In this document: positions 11,177 to 20,093 of the stretch, piece after piece
Numbering within the stretch: position 1 is the stretch's first letter
Layout: each line of letters opens with the position of its first letter
Assembly: GCA_963663475.2 (NCBI GenBank)
Contig: CAXXJV010000001.1
Location: 2,176,001-2,240,000, forward strand
Direction: 5' to 3'
Source: Candidatus Cloacimonadales bacterium
GTDB lineage: Bacteria > Cloacimonadota > Cloacimonadia > Cloacimonadales > JAFGVF01
Length of the DNA: 64,000 nucleotides
Position numbers and translations under genes: made by a program
Notes under the pieces: generated by a model
The model's input: only the letters and a program-made list of their open reading frames with translations
Databases searched by the model: none
What the model was told of the DNA's origin: nothing

Positions 11177-11720
11177 CAAATTTAAGCAAAGTTCATGGTC
11201 TGGTGGAAAAACAAGAGAGCTTTTCATTTACCCACCAGAAAGTAGTTACCCAGCAAGAAATTTTGCTATTAGAATAAGTTCAGCAAGTGTTGATATAGAA
11301 GAATCAAACTTTACTTCACTTCCTAACTACAAACGTGCTTTAATGCTATTGCAAGGGCAATTAGAAATTAAGCATCAAGGTCATTATTCTAAAATTCTTA
11401 ATCCCTTTGAATGCGACTATTTCGATGGTGCTTGGAATACGTCTGCTAGAGGTAAAGTAATTGATTTCAATCTAATGACTTCTAAAACTCTTAAAGGTGA
11501 ATTAAACTACCAAGTAATTAATAAAGAAAGCAAACTGAAATTAGAGAAGAAGGGCAATCAACAGCTGGTAGGAATCTATTTAATACAAGGGAAATTTCAT
11601 TGTTTGGATGAAAAAGAAAGGATGTCTAGTGGAGATCTACTTGTTTTGATTGATAAAGAAGATTCTTTAGAATTGCAAGCATTAGAAGATTCAAAGATAA
11701 TTTATATATTAGTTACTTAG
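11160..11720 (+). CDS. HutD/Ves-family cupin protein
   Basis: WSGGKTRELFIYP, RISSASV...FTSLP...R, DFNLM. Confidence 0.8.
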   Translation: MIITSSKFKQSSWSGGKTRELFIYPPESSYPARNFAIRISSASVDIEESNFTSLPNYKRALMLLQGQLEIKHQGHYSKILNPFECDYFDGAWNTSARGKVIDFNLMTSKTLKGELNYQVINKESKLKLEKKGNQQLVGIYLIQGKFHCLDEKERMSSGDLLVLIDKEDSLELQALEDSKIIYILVT

Positions 11721-11754
11721 ATTATAAAAAGAATAACATCATAAATACCATAGA

Positions 11755-11828
11755 CTGGGAGCGCTGGCATTCCTGCCTGCACCAAGCTTTTCAAGCTTGG
11801 TTTTTTGGAAGCGAGACGCCCCCCTCCA
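11755..11828. repeat. GC-rich REP-like nested palindrome
   Basis: CTGGGAGCGCTGGCATTCCTGCCTGC ... GGAAGCGAGACGCCCCCCTCCA (degenerate arms) enclosing the perfect hairpin ACCAAGCTT-ttc-AAGCTTGGT; GC-rich against an AT-rich background. Confidence 0.6.
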
Positions 11829-11856
11829 TAAAGACATTATGTTACATCATTTATCA

Positions 11857-12038
11857 TTTTATTAAACCCTTACAGAGTAATATCTTTGGGCTAGCCATCA
11901 TTACCCAGGCTTGCGATACTTTCAGCATCTTACCCTGGGCTAAATTATTTTATCCCTTTCAGTATTTTTTGATGAATCAATTTAGTAATGAAATATTCTC
12001 ATTTTCCTATATTATTCCCACCGACTTGAACTTGAACC
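11857..12038 (-). repeat. ~180 bp intergenic repeat, copy A (REP-like CCCTGAAAGGG/CCCAGGG family)
   Basis: Reverse complement aligns with few differences to 63605-63817, apart from a 31 bp insert in that copy. Confidence 0.92.
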
Positions 12039-12079
12039 ATACTTTATTACAGCCAGAATTCTACCATATTAGAAGGAAT

Positions 12080-12111
12080 AAAAAAAGAGAAGTTATAAAA
12101 AACTTCTCTTT
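12080..12111 (-). terminator. Rho-independent terminator of the envelope/M16 operon
   Basis: AAAGAGAAGTT-ataaaa-AACTTCTCTTT, with a T-run following on the minus strand. Confidence 0.7.
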
Positions 12112-12131
12112 CTTTATAGTATAACTTTTAT

Positions 12132-14222
12132 TTAAAAGTTGAATGTAGTATCATCAAAATCAACATTAAATTTAATTGATTTATATGAAGTTGTATTAAT
12201 TGGTGTACCATCAATAAGCTTAGTATCAATATCCATTGGACAAAGCACAGAGTCATTCAACTGGTAGTTAGAGAAAGTACTCTTTACTTTCATAACACCG
12301 TTTTGTGTTTCCATAGCTTCAACAGTGAAAGCAGGAAGTCCATTTGCTTTGTTAATCCAAACTTTCATACTAGAGTCTTTGTATTCTAGTTTTAAAATTT
12401 GATATTCTACTTCTTCAACAATCTCATCTTGCAAGTAACCTATAGATAGTTTAGAAGGATCATTTAACCAGCCAAAATAGGAGAAATGTATTTGGTCTAG
12501 GATTGCAGTAAGATTTTCTTGAGGAAGAGGCATATTTCTTCCTGGCATAGATTGGATACCTTTATCAATATTGATAGTAGTAGAAATCTCACCCATAGGT
12601 GATGCTATTTTATCTAAAACCTTATTTGGGAAAAGGATATGAGTTGTTTTATCTAAATTCATATCTCCCATAGGAGTAGATTGAGTAATAGTAGATTTGC
12701 TTGATAATGATTTGATTTCTTTTTTACTCTTAACCTGATTTAGGAATTTTGAAAAGATCTCTTTTCCTTTGGCATAATCAAGAATTTCACCATCCTTGCT
12801 TTCTTTTATGGAGATATCAATAACTTCTACTTTACCAAGTGTCGAAACATCTTCTACGAAATCATCCTTGTTACCTACAAAAAGATATATCAACTCATCA
12901 GGTTTTAGATATTTCTGGGCAACCCTATAGATATCATCTATTGTAACATCTTCAATTTTTTCTTTAAGTATGTTAGCAAAATCTCTATCATAGCCATAAT
13001 AATCATAGTTTTTTATAGCATTTAAGGTGTATTCAGGTTTTTCATATTTGAATACATAAGAATTAAAATAAGAATCTTTAGCAAATTGAAGTTCTTCTTT
13101 AGTTACTTTTTCTTGAGTAATTATTCTAACTTCTTCTACTAGAGTTTGAGCTGCTTCTAAGGTATTCTCAGTTGCTGTTGGTGCTAAAAGGTATAAGGCA
13201 CCTGGAGCATTGAAAGTAGCAGATAAGAAGGCTGCAGGAGAATAGGATAAGCCTTTTTTTACTCTAACAGATTTATAAACTCTACTAGTAAAGCCACCAC
13301 CAAGAATTTCATTTAATAGTTGCATAGCTGGGTAATCATCATCAGAGAAAAGTAAATTTGAACGATGACCTATTAATACCCAAGTTTGACTTGCATCTTT
13401 TTTATCTACAATATAAACATTAGTATCAGAATCTGTTTTTGGCTCTGGTAAAGTAATATTCTTGTATTCTTGTGGAGAATACCAAGTACTAAAATAAAGT
13501 TCTAATTCAGCTTTCATTGCTTCAATATCGAAATCACCATGAACAGTTAAAGTAATGTTTTTTGGATAAAAATATTCTTGATAAAATCTTTGAACATCAT
13601 CACGAGAAATATTATTTACTGTATAAATTTCTTGCTGATAGTTTCTAGGATAGTCTTGTCCAAAGATAATTTTTTGAAATTCTCTAAAAGCAATTGCAGA
13701 AGCTTCATCATTTCTTCTGTATATGTTAGAAATAGTCCTAGTTTTTTCTGTTTCAAATTCTTCTTCATCAAATGTTGGGTTTCTTAAAACATCTGAGAAA
13801 ATAGATAGAGCAAGATCTTTATCTTCAACAAGAGCACTCATATATACAATAGAATGACGTGATGATGCATAACTTCCAAGACTTATAGCATTATCGTTTA
13901 AAATTTCTTTTAAGTCGTCTGCTTGGTATTCTTTAGAGCTTGTTGAAATAGAAGATGAAGCTAATTCTGCTAAACCAATTTTATCCTTAGGGTCTGTTAT
14001 GGTTCCGCTATGAGCTTCAGCTTCAACTCTGATAATTGGTAATCTATTATCAACTAAGAAGTAGACTTTCATACCATTGCTTAATGTGTGAGTAACTACT
14101 TCAGGAACTTTAATCTCATTAAGAGGAGGAAACTTCAATTTATCAACAGGTCTTGCATTATTGGAAGAACAACCAGCTAGTAAGATTACTGCCAATACAA
14201 ATAATAATATTATCTTTTTCAT
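12132..14222 (-). CDS. M16B peptidase non-catalytic subunit, lipoprotein, with C-terminal LolA-like domain
   Basis: Lipobox LAGC; M16 motifs (LSNGMKVY, ILGGGFTSRVYKSVRVKKGLSY); no HXXEH; extra ~220 aa beta-rich C-terminal domain. Confidence 0.85.
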   Translation of the reverse strand: MKKIILLFVLAVILLAGCSSNNARPVDKLKFPPLNEIKVPEVVTHTLSNGMKVYFLVDNRLPIIRVEAEAHSGTITDPKDKIGLAELASSSISTSSKEYQADDLKEILNDNAISLGSYASSRHSIVYMSALVEDKDLALSIFSDVLRNPTFDEEEFETEKTRTISNIYRRNDEASAIAFREFQKIIFGQDYPRNYQQEIYTVNNISRDDVQRFYQEYFYPKNITLTVHGDFDIEAMKAELELYFSTWYSPQEYKNITLPEPKTDSDTNVYIVDKKDASQTWVLIGHRSNLLFSDDDYPAMQLLNEILGGGFTSRVYKSVRVKKGLSYSPAAFLSATFNAPGALYLLAPTATENTLEAAQTLVEEVRIITQEKVTKEELQFAKDSYFNSYVFKYEKPEYTLNAIKNYDYYGYDRDFANILKEKIEDVTIDDIYRVAQKYLKPDELIYLFVGNKDDFVEDVSTLGKVEVIDISIKESKDGEILDYAKGKEIFSKFLNQVKSKKEIKSLSSKSTITQSTPMGDMNLDKTTHILFPNKVLDKIASPMGEISTTINIDKGIQSMPGRNMPLPQENLTAILDQIHFSYFGWLNDPSKLSIGYLQDEIVEEVEYQILKLEYKDSSMKVWINKANGLPAFTVEAMETQNGVMKVKSTFSNYQLNDSVLCPMDIDTKLIDGTPINTTSYKSIKFNVDFDDTTFNF

Positions 14223-14224
14223 AA

Positions 14225-15703
14225 CTATTCACCTGCCTTTTCTAAAATACCAACACTTCTATTAGTAGGGATTAAATACTTTTGAGCTACTTTCACGATC
14301 TCATCTTTTCTAAGATTATCAATTTTATCTAGTGAGGAAAAGAAGTCATTATAATCACCAGTAACAACTTCCATCATTCCTATTTGAATAGGTAAATAGA
14401 TACCTGTATCTAATCTTGTTAAATAGCTTTTTTTAGAATTCTTTCTATAAGATGTAAGCTCTTCATCACTAACACCTTTTTCTAAGAAATTAGCTAAAAT
14501 ATTATCAATTTCAGTGATACATTCTTCAACTTCTACACCATTATTAGGGGCAAACATGATACTAAATAAGTTGTCATATTTTGAACCTGGAAGACCTGCA
14601 AATGAATAAGCATAAAGAGCAAGTTTCTTATCATATACCATTGTTTTCATTAAAGGAGATGTTTCTGTCTGACCGAAAATAGCTGCTAAAGCTTCGACAG
14701 CAGTATTGTCTGGATGACTTGCTGCAGGTACATGATAACTAATCATAACCATAGGAGAAGCATCATAATCGATAGTAAAAGTTCTTTCTTCTGTTTGTTC
14801 AGGTTCAAGATCAGTGATAGGGTGAGACTTCTCTCTAGCAGGAATTGTTGATAAGTATTTTTGGGAAAGAGCTATAGCATTTTCTTCCGAAAAATCTCCG
14901 TAGATAATAAAAGTTAAATTATTAGCACCGTAATACTTATTAAAGAAATCTTTAACATCTTGTCGAGTGATTTGTTCAATATCTTCTTTAGCACCGATTG
15001 TAGTGAATCTATATGGATGTACTTTAAAAGCAGTACTCATCATTTCTTTCATTAATTGGCCTTGTGGACTATTAACTTCACGCATAAGTCTTTCATCTAA
15101 GATAACTTGACGTTCTTTATAGAATTCTCTAAACACAGGATTAGTGAATCTATCTGCTTCAAGAGTGTACCATAATTCTAGTTTATTGGAAGGAAGACTA
15201 ATCTGATACATAGTAAAATCTTTAGAAGTACCAGCATTGAAGTTTCTGCCACCATTTTGAGTATAAATTTGACTAAATTCATTGTTAATAACATATTTAG
15301 ATGCTTCTACATCAAGTTCTTCTAATTGAGTTTGGTATTTAGCAACAAGTTCTTCATTTCCGTTTTCTTTGGCTTCTAAAAGAAGTTCAAAAATAGCATC
15401 TTGTTGATCTAAAATTTCTTTTTCTGCTTCATAATCGCTAGTACCAATTGTTTGTGTGCCTTTAAAAGCTAAGTGTTCCAAGAAGTGAGCAATACCTGTT
15501 ATGCCAGGAGTTTCATCAACTCCACCTACATTAGCCATAGTTACACAGTGAACTATTGGAGCAGAGTCGTCCTGTAATAGAAGGACTTTAGCACCGTTTT
15601 TAAGATTGATTTCTTTAACTTGATTGCCTAGATTTTCAAATTCAATAGCTGAGAGTGAAACAAGACAAATTGTTAAGAGAAATAGAATAAATCTCTTCAT
15701 CAT
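14225..15703 (-). CDS. M16B zinc peptidase, catalytic subunit (exported)
   Basis: Signal peptide; GIAHFLEHLAFKGT (inverted HXXEH), FNAGTS, KERQVILDER, HPY. Confidence 0.93.
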   Translation of the reverse strand: MMKRFILFLLTICLVSLSAIEFENLGNQVKEINLKNGAKVLLLQDDSAPIVHCVTMANVGGVDETPGITGIAHFLEHLAFKGTQTIGTSDYEAEKEILDQQDAIFELLLEAKENGNEELVAKYQTQLEELDVEASKYVINNEFSQIYTQNGGRNFNAGTSKDFTMYQISLPSNKLELWYTLEADRFTNPVFREFYKERQVILDERLMREVNSPQGQLMKEMMSTAFKVHPYRFTTIGAKEDIEQITRQDVKDFFNKYYGANNLTFIIYGDFSEENAIALSQKYLSTIPAREKSHPITDLEPEQTEERTFTIDYDASPMVMISYHVPAASHPDNTAVEALAAIFGQTETSPLMKTMVYDKKLALYAYSFAGLPGSKYDNLFSIMFAPNNGVEVEECITEIDNILANFLEKGVSDEELTSYRKNSKKSYLTRLDTGIYLPIQIGMMEVVTGDYNDFFSSLDKIDNLRKDEIVKVAQKYLIPTNRSVGILEKAGE

Positions 15704-15713
15704 TAAATCTCCT

Positions 15714-16286
15714 TTATTTTTTTAATTTATCGATAATTTTAGTAGCTTGCCATAAGTCGTTTACAACGAAATGGGGTTTAACATCATATAGATCTCTGTT
15801 TATAAAAGTCTTTTTACCTTCTCCAGATAGGACTAAAATTGTCTTCAAATTGAACTTATGACCAAGTTCAATATCAGAAATTTTATCACCAATCATGAAG
15901 GAATGAGAACTTTTAAAGTTATATTTTGCATAATACTTTTTTAATAAACCAATACCAGGTTTTCTATCCTCATGTGCGATATTATAAGGTTCAACTACAC
16001 CTTTAGGATGGTAAGGTGAGATTAGAATATCATCTAAGTAAGCATGATCTTTCTCAAGTAAGTTCTTTAATCTTTCATGAACTTTACTAAGATCTTCATA
16101 AGTGAAAAAACCTCTAGCGATACCAGATTGATTGGTTACTAAGACAACCTTAAAGCCATTTTTGTTGAAGTAGGAAATAGCTTTTCCTGCCTTGGGGTAA
16201 AGTTGCAAATCATCAGGATTACTTATGTAGCCATCTTCGTCTATATTAATTGTACCATCTCTATCTAAGAAAATTACTTTATTCAT
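15714..16286 (-). CDS. gmhB: D-glycero-D-manno-heptose 1,7-bisphosphate phosphatase-like HAD IIIA hydrolase
   Basis: FLDRDGTIN, VTNQSGIARG, RKPGIG, MIGDKISDI. Confidence 0.85.
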   Translation of the reverse strand: MNKVIFLDRDGTINIDEDGYISNPDDLQLYPKAGKAISYFNKNGFKVVLVTNQSGIARGFFTYEDLSKVHERLKNLLEKDHAYLDDILISPYHPKGVVEPYNIAHEDRKPGIGLLKKYYAKYNFKSSHSFMIGDKISDIELGHKFNLKTILVLSGEGKKTFINRDLYDVKPHFVVNDLWQATKIIDKLKK

Positions 16287-18754
16287 TATCTTCTCGCTTC
16301 AAATGGGAACTTAAGTATATCACTAAGTTTGTTGTTTGTTAGGATGATTTTATATTCCCAAAATTCATTTGATCTACTATAATCAAAGGTTAGATTCCAG
16401 CAGTGCAAATCTCTTCTTAATGAAAGATTATGAGATAAAATTTCATCAGTTATAATATTAACTCTATTGGAATAACCAAGATGCCAATTTGAGGTTAAAT
16501 GCATATCTAATGCTATATTAAGATTGTTAGAATTTGGGTCTAGAAAGTCTTTGTCAAAAGATAAAGCATGGGTAAAGTTAAGAGTCCAATTCTTTCTTTC
16601 AGAAGATGATTGATAGTAATCCCAATCTAACTCAGCATATTTAATTGTATCCTGTACAACTCTCTGACCTGTTTTTAAAGGATTTTGAGTCTTAGGGAAG
16701 TAATGAAAATATCTGAAAGAACCTGAAAATCCTAAAGTCTGATTAAATCTCCAATTTTCCAGGTTAAGATTTCCCCAAGTTTTCTGGTAGAAATCATGAG
16801 AGAAGCTAACAGAATTATTATAAGAAACTTGAATATTTCTTAATGCAAAAGAGTTGGGGTTAAATTTTAAGCTATGATTGATTCTAGACATCTTGTTAGT
16901 CTCTTTTTCTAAATCATAACTAAATGAAGAATTCATAGAAAAGAGATTGTTATTTTTCTTCTCAGATTCGGTAATTTCATCAAAGTATTTAACTTGCCAT
17001 ATCTGATTAAGACTAAAATTAAGACTTCTTCTTCTTTTTCCACTAGCTAAACTGATACCTGAAAAGGAATAGAATTCATCATTTTCAGAAAAATCAGGAG
17101 TATAAGAAAAACTAACTCTTGGTGTTACAACATGACGAATAGCTCTTAGTGAAGCAATGTTTACCCTTCTCAGTCCATATAACTTAGTAGATGCTGAGCT
17201 AGAAAGAGAGAATGAATTGCCTCTGGCGAAGCCCTTTTCTTCTTTAGTTCTATCATACCAAGCTTCTCTGAAGTTTATTGATTGTGATATATTGAAGTAG
17301 TTAGAAATATCAGGACTAAAACTAAAAGATAAATTATGTAGAGCTCCTAAGTTATGCTGGTTAACAATTACTTCATTGCCAAGACTATCAGTATAAGATT
17401 CATTACTCCAGATGATATCTTCAAAGGAAGCATCTTGGTCTTTGATTGTTCCAGCATGACTAGCATTAAAACTGTAGTTATAAGAAAGAGATTTCCACCA
17501 AGCATCTTTAACTTGATTACTTTTCATACCAATAAGTTCATAGATAGGAGTAGTTGATTCTGAATATCTGATACTGGGTAAGGTAATTGATTTAGTATTT
17601 GTAATAAAATTTTCTGAATAGTAACTTGAGATATTCAAGGTTGAATTATCAAAGCCTTTGGAATAAGTGGCTGAAGAGCTAATTGATTCAGTAAGTCTAT
17701 CATCTATATTAGTTGAATTATCCCAAATAACTTCGCTAGTTGCGTAGTTTATATTAGCAATGAAGGAAGAGTTATTTTTTAAAGTATGTCTATGGTTAGC
17801 TTGGAGAGACCAGTCTGTTGAAGTATTATTATTATAGTCTCTTTTTCTATAGTTAAAATTCATGCCACCATTGAAGAGATATCTTACTATATATTTATTA
17901 GTTATGTTAAAATTCCACCCCTTCTTTTCATAAAAATCAAAGGCAATTTTATTTTCAAAGTAGTCTTTGTAAGCATAATAATAGGCAATATTTTTAAGAT
18001 ATTTACCATCACTATTATTCCAGCCTGGTTGGGGGATTAAAAAGCCGTTATTTCTTCCTCTTTCAATACTAAAGGCTGCAAAGGGAAGAGCCATTACAGG
18101 GAAATGATTAACATAATAGACAACAGGTTTAGCTGCAATTGATTCATTTTGGAATATTCTTAAGCGTTTGGATTTGATGTAGAAGTGGGGGTTAATATCA
18201 TCGCAAGTAGTGAAGATACCATTATCAATATCGAATACTTTATCATCAATTTTCCTAATTTGCGAGCCATATATAAAGCCTTGTTCAAGAGACCCTGAAC
18301 CATTTTTAAGAATTCCTCTTTTAGATTCAATATCCATCTTAATATCTTTACTTAAGAAGATTTGACCTTCTTGTTTTATCATGGCATCTCCATAGGAAAA
18401 GGCATTCTTGTTCTCAAGATTGAGGTAAAGAGAGTCTGCTTCAATGAAGATATTCTGGTAAGTAATTTTAGCATTTCCTGATAGGGATATCGAATCTTCT
18501 GTTAGGTTTAGAGAAGAGCTTTTACCTGAATATTGAAGAGAATCAGACTGATTATAATCTTGGTATTTTACTTGATTGTAAAGGGTATCAGGAAGTGTAC
18601 TTAGGGAATCATCTATAGCTAGAGTATCAACTTCATTATAGTTAGAATTAGTCTCTGTAAGGCTATAGTCTTGACATAAAATTAGCAAGCTTATAGACAT
18701 AAAGAGAGCAATTAAGATATATTTTTTATTTACTGATATTTTATTATTTTTCAT
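16286..18754 (-). CDS. lptD: LPS-assembly protein LptD-like outer membrane protein
   Basis: N-terminal OstA-like jellyroll, FTTCD..PHFYI, GFLIP, C-terminal barrel with RDLHCW. Confidence 0.85.
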   Translation of the reverse strand: MKNNKISVNKKYILIALFMSISLLILCQDYSLTETNSNYNEVDTLAIDDSLSTLPDTLYNQVKYQDYNQSDSLQYSGKSSSLNLTEDSISLSGNAKITYQNIFIEADSLYLNLENKNAFSYGDAMIKQEGQIFLSKDIKMDIESKRGILKNGSGSLEQGFIYGSQIRKIDDKVFDIDNGIFTTCDDINPHFYIKSKRLRIFQNESIAAKPVVYYVNHFPVMALPFAAFSIERGRNNGFLIPQPGWNNSDGKYLKNIAYYYAYKDYFENKIAFDFYEKKGWNFNITNKYIVRYLFNGGMNFNYRKRDYNNNTSTDWSLQANHRHTLKNNSSFIANINYATSEVIWDNSTNIDDRLTESISSSATYSKGFDNSTLNISSYYSENFITNTKSITLPSIRYSESTTPIYELIGMKSNQVKDAWWKSLSYNYSFNASHAGTIKDQDASFEDIIWSNESYTDSLGNEVIVNQHNLGALHNLSFSFSPDISNYFNISQSINFREAWYDRTKEEKGFARGNSFSLSSSASTKLYGLRRVNIASLRAIRHVVTPRVSFSYTPDFSENDEFYSFSGISLASGKRRRSLNFSLNQIWQVKYFDEITESEKKNNNLFSMNSSFSYDLEKETNKMSRINHSLKFNPNSFALRNIQVSYNNSVSFSHDFYQKTWGNLNLENWRFNQTLGFSGSFRYFHYFPKTQNPLKTGQRVVQDTIKYAELDWDYYQSSSERKNWTLNFTHALSFDKDFLDPNSNNLNIALDMHLTSNWHLGYSNRVNIITDEILSHNLSLRRDLHCWNLTFDYSRSNEFWEYKIILTNNKLSDILKFPFEARR

Positions 18755-18762
18755 CGAATGTA

Positions 18763-18790
18763 AAATTATTCAGCATTAAAAAAATGTCAA
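18763..18790 (-). promoter_or_regulatory. Putative sigma70 promoter of lptD-gmhB-M16 operon
   Basis: TTGACA-N16-TAATTT ending 8 nt before the lptD ATG. Confidence 0.5.
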
Positions 18791-18845
18791 GTATGTTAAA
18801 TCTCTAAAGATTAGGCATGGAGAAAATTGCTAAAATAATTTAAAA

Positions 18846-20087
18846 TTATTCCTTTATTAAGTCTATTGGATTTAATTTTTTTATTCTGTAAATTGGAAAT
18901 AAAGAGCTGATAATTGAAAAAATAAAGGAGAAAAAAGTTACTAAGATAAAGTCACTTAGTTCAATGGAAATTGGGAGGGTAGGGAAGATATGAGCTATAT
19001 TAACAGGCATAGAAATGATGTTAAAATTCTCTTGGATAGTAAGTAGAGAGTAGGCAAGCAAGTTTCCTATTAAAACACCTGATATACTTAAGATAAGACC
19101 TTGATAGAGGAAAATTTTCATAATATCTTTTTGTGAATAGCCAATAGTAGAGAGAACACCTAGTTCTTTCTTTTTATTTGAGACTTTTTTCAGGAAGGAA
19201 CCAGAAAGATTAAATGATGATAAAATGATAATTAAACTTAAGACAAATGACATGACATTTTTTTCTAGTTTTTGAGCATCATAGAGGTTAGAATTTTTAT
19301 CACTCCACGTTGTAATAGTCTTATCAGGAAGAAGCTCTTGAATAGCTTGCTTGTAAGTATTAGCTTGTGAGAAGTCATTACTATAGACTTCAATCTTATT
19401 ATATGCTTGTTTACTTTTGGTTAGTTTTTGTAGATTACTAGCAGACACATATACCATACTTGATTCTAGCTCAGGTATCATGTTAGAATAAATAGCTTGG
19501 ACAGTAAAGTTTTGGGTAAGAGGTATTCTACCTATAGAAGAATAATTTGATTTACTTAGCGATATGACAGTAATTTTATCACCAATATTGAGAGAGTATT
19601 TTCTGCTTAGTTCATAACCTATGAAAGCACCATTCTTTTCAAATAAATTAAGATTATTATCACCGTATATTATTCCAGTGCGGGAAGATATATTACTTGA
19701 ATAAGTTAGTTTATTGAAAAGAGGATTATTTTGCTTACTTTCTGCTAAATTAATACCTATAAACTTTGCGAGAATAGTCTGATTATCAGATAGGATTACT
19801 AAGTCTTCTTCATAGACAGGATTAAGATACTTGATAAAATCGAATGTTGTTAATGTATTAATGATATCTTCTACATCATCATGAGCTTTTACTTGGATTT
19901 CTATTTCTGGTGAGCTAGCTAAAATCCTTTCAATGACAACTTCTTTCATCCCATTCATGACAGATAGAATTACCAGAAGAGCTGAGACTCCTATTATAAT
20001 ACCAAGAAGGCTTAGCCAGTGAGAACCGGCTAAGCGAGATTTTTTCCCTTTTAAATAGCGTTTACTTATAAAGGTACATTTATTCAT
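18846..20087 (-). CDS. LolC/E-family lipoprotein-releasing ABC permease
   Basis: SLLGIIIGVSALLVILSVMNG, TWSDKNSNL..AQKLEK, KKKELGVLSTIG, FLYQG. Confidence 0.85.
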   Translation of the reverse strand: MNKCTFISKRYLKGKKSRLAGSHWLSLLGIIIGVSALLVILSVMNGMKEVVIERILASSPEIEIQVKAHDDVEDIINTLTTFDFIKYLNPVYEEDLVILSDNQTILAKFIGINLAESKQNNPLFNKLTYSSNISSRTGIIYGDNNLNLFEKNGAFIGYELSRKYSLNIGDKITVISLSKSNYSSIGRIPLTQNFTVQAIYSNMIPELESSMVYVSASNLQKLTKSKQAYNKIEVYSNDFSQANTYKQAIQELLPDKTITTWSDKNSNLYDAQKLEKNVMSFVLSLIIILSSFNLSGSFLKKVSNKKKELGVLSTIGYSQKDIMKIFLYQGLILSISGVLIGNLLAYSLLTIQENFNIISMPVNIAHIFPTLPISIELSDFILVTFFSFIFSIISSLFPIYRIKKLNPIDLIKE

Positions 20088-20093
20088 TTTTTA

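Noticed and set aside
9554-11720. Nuclease + queC as a Qat- or Dpd-like defence or DNA-modification system
   Set aside because: QueC is canonical in length and motifs; the nuclease is a membrane-anchored NucA type; there is no ATPase, dpdA or qat gene, and tatD lies 48 kb away in a housekeeping context
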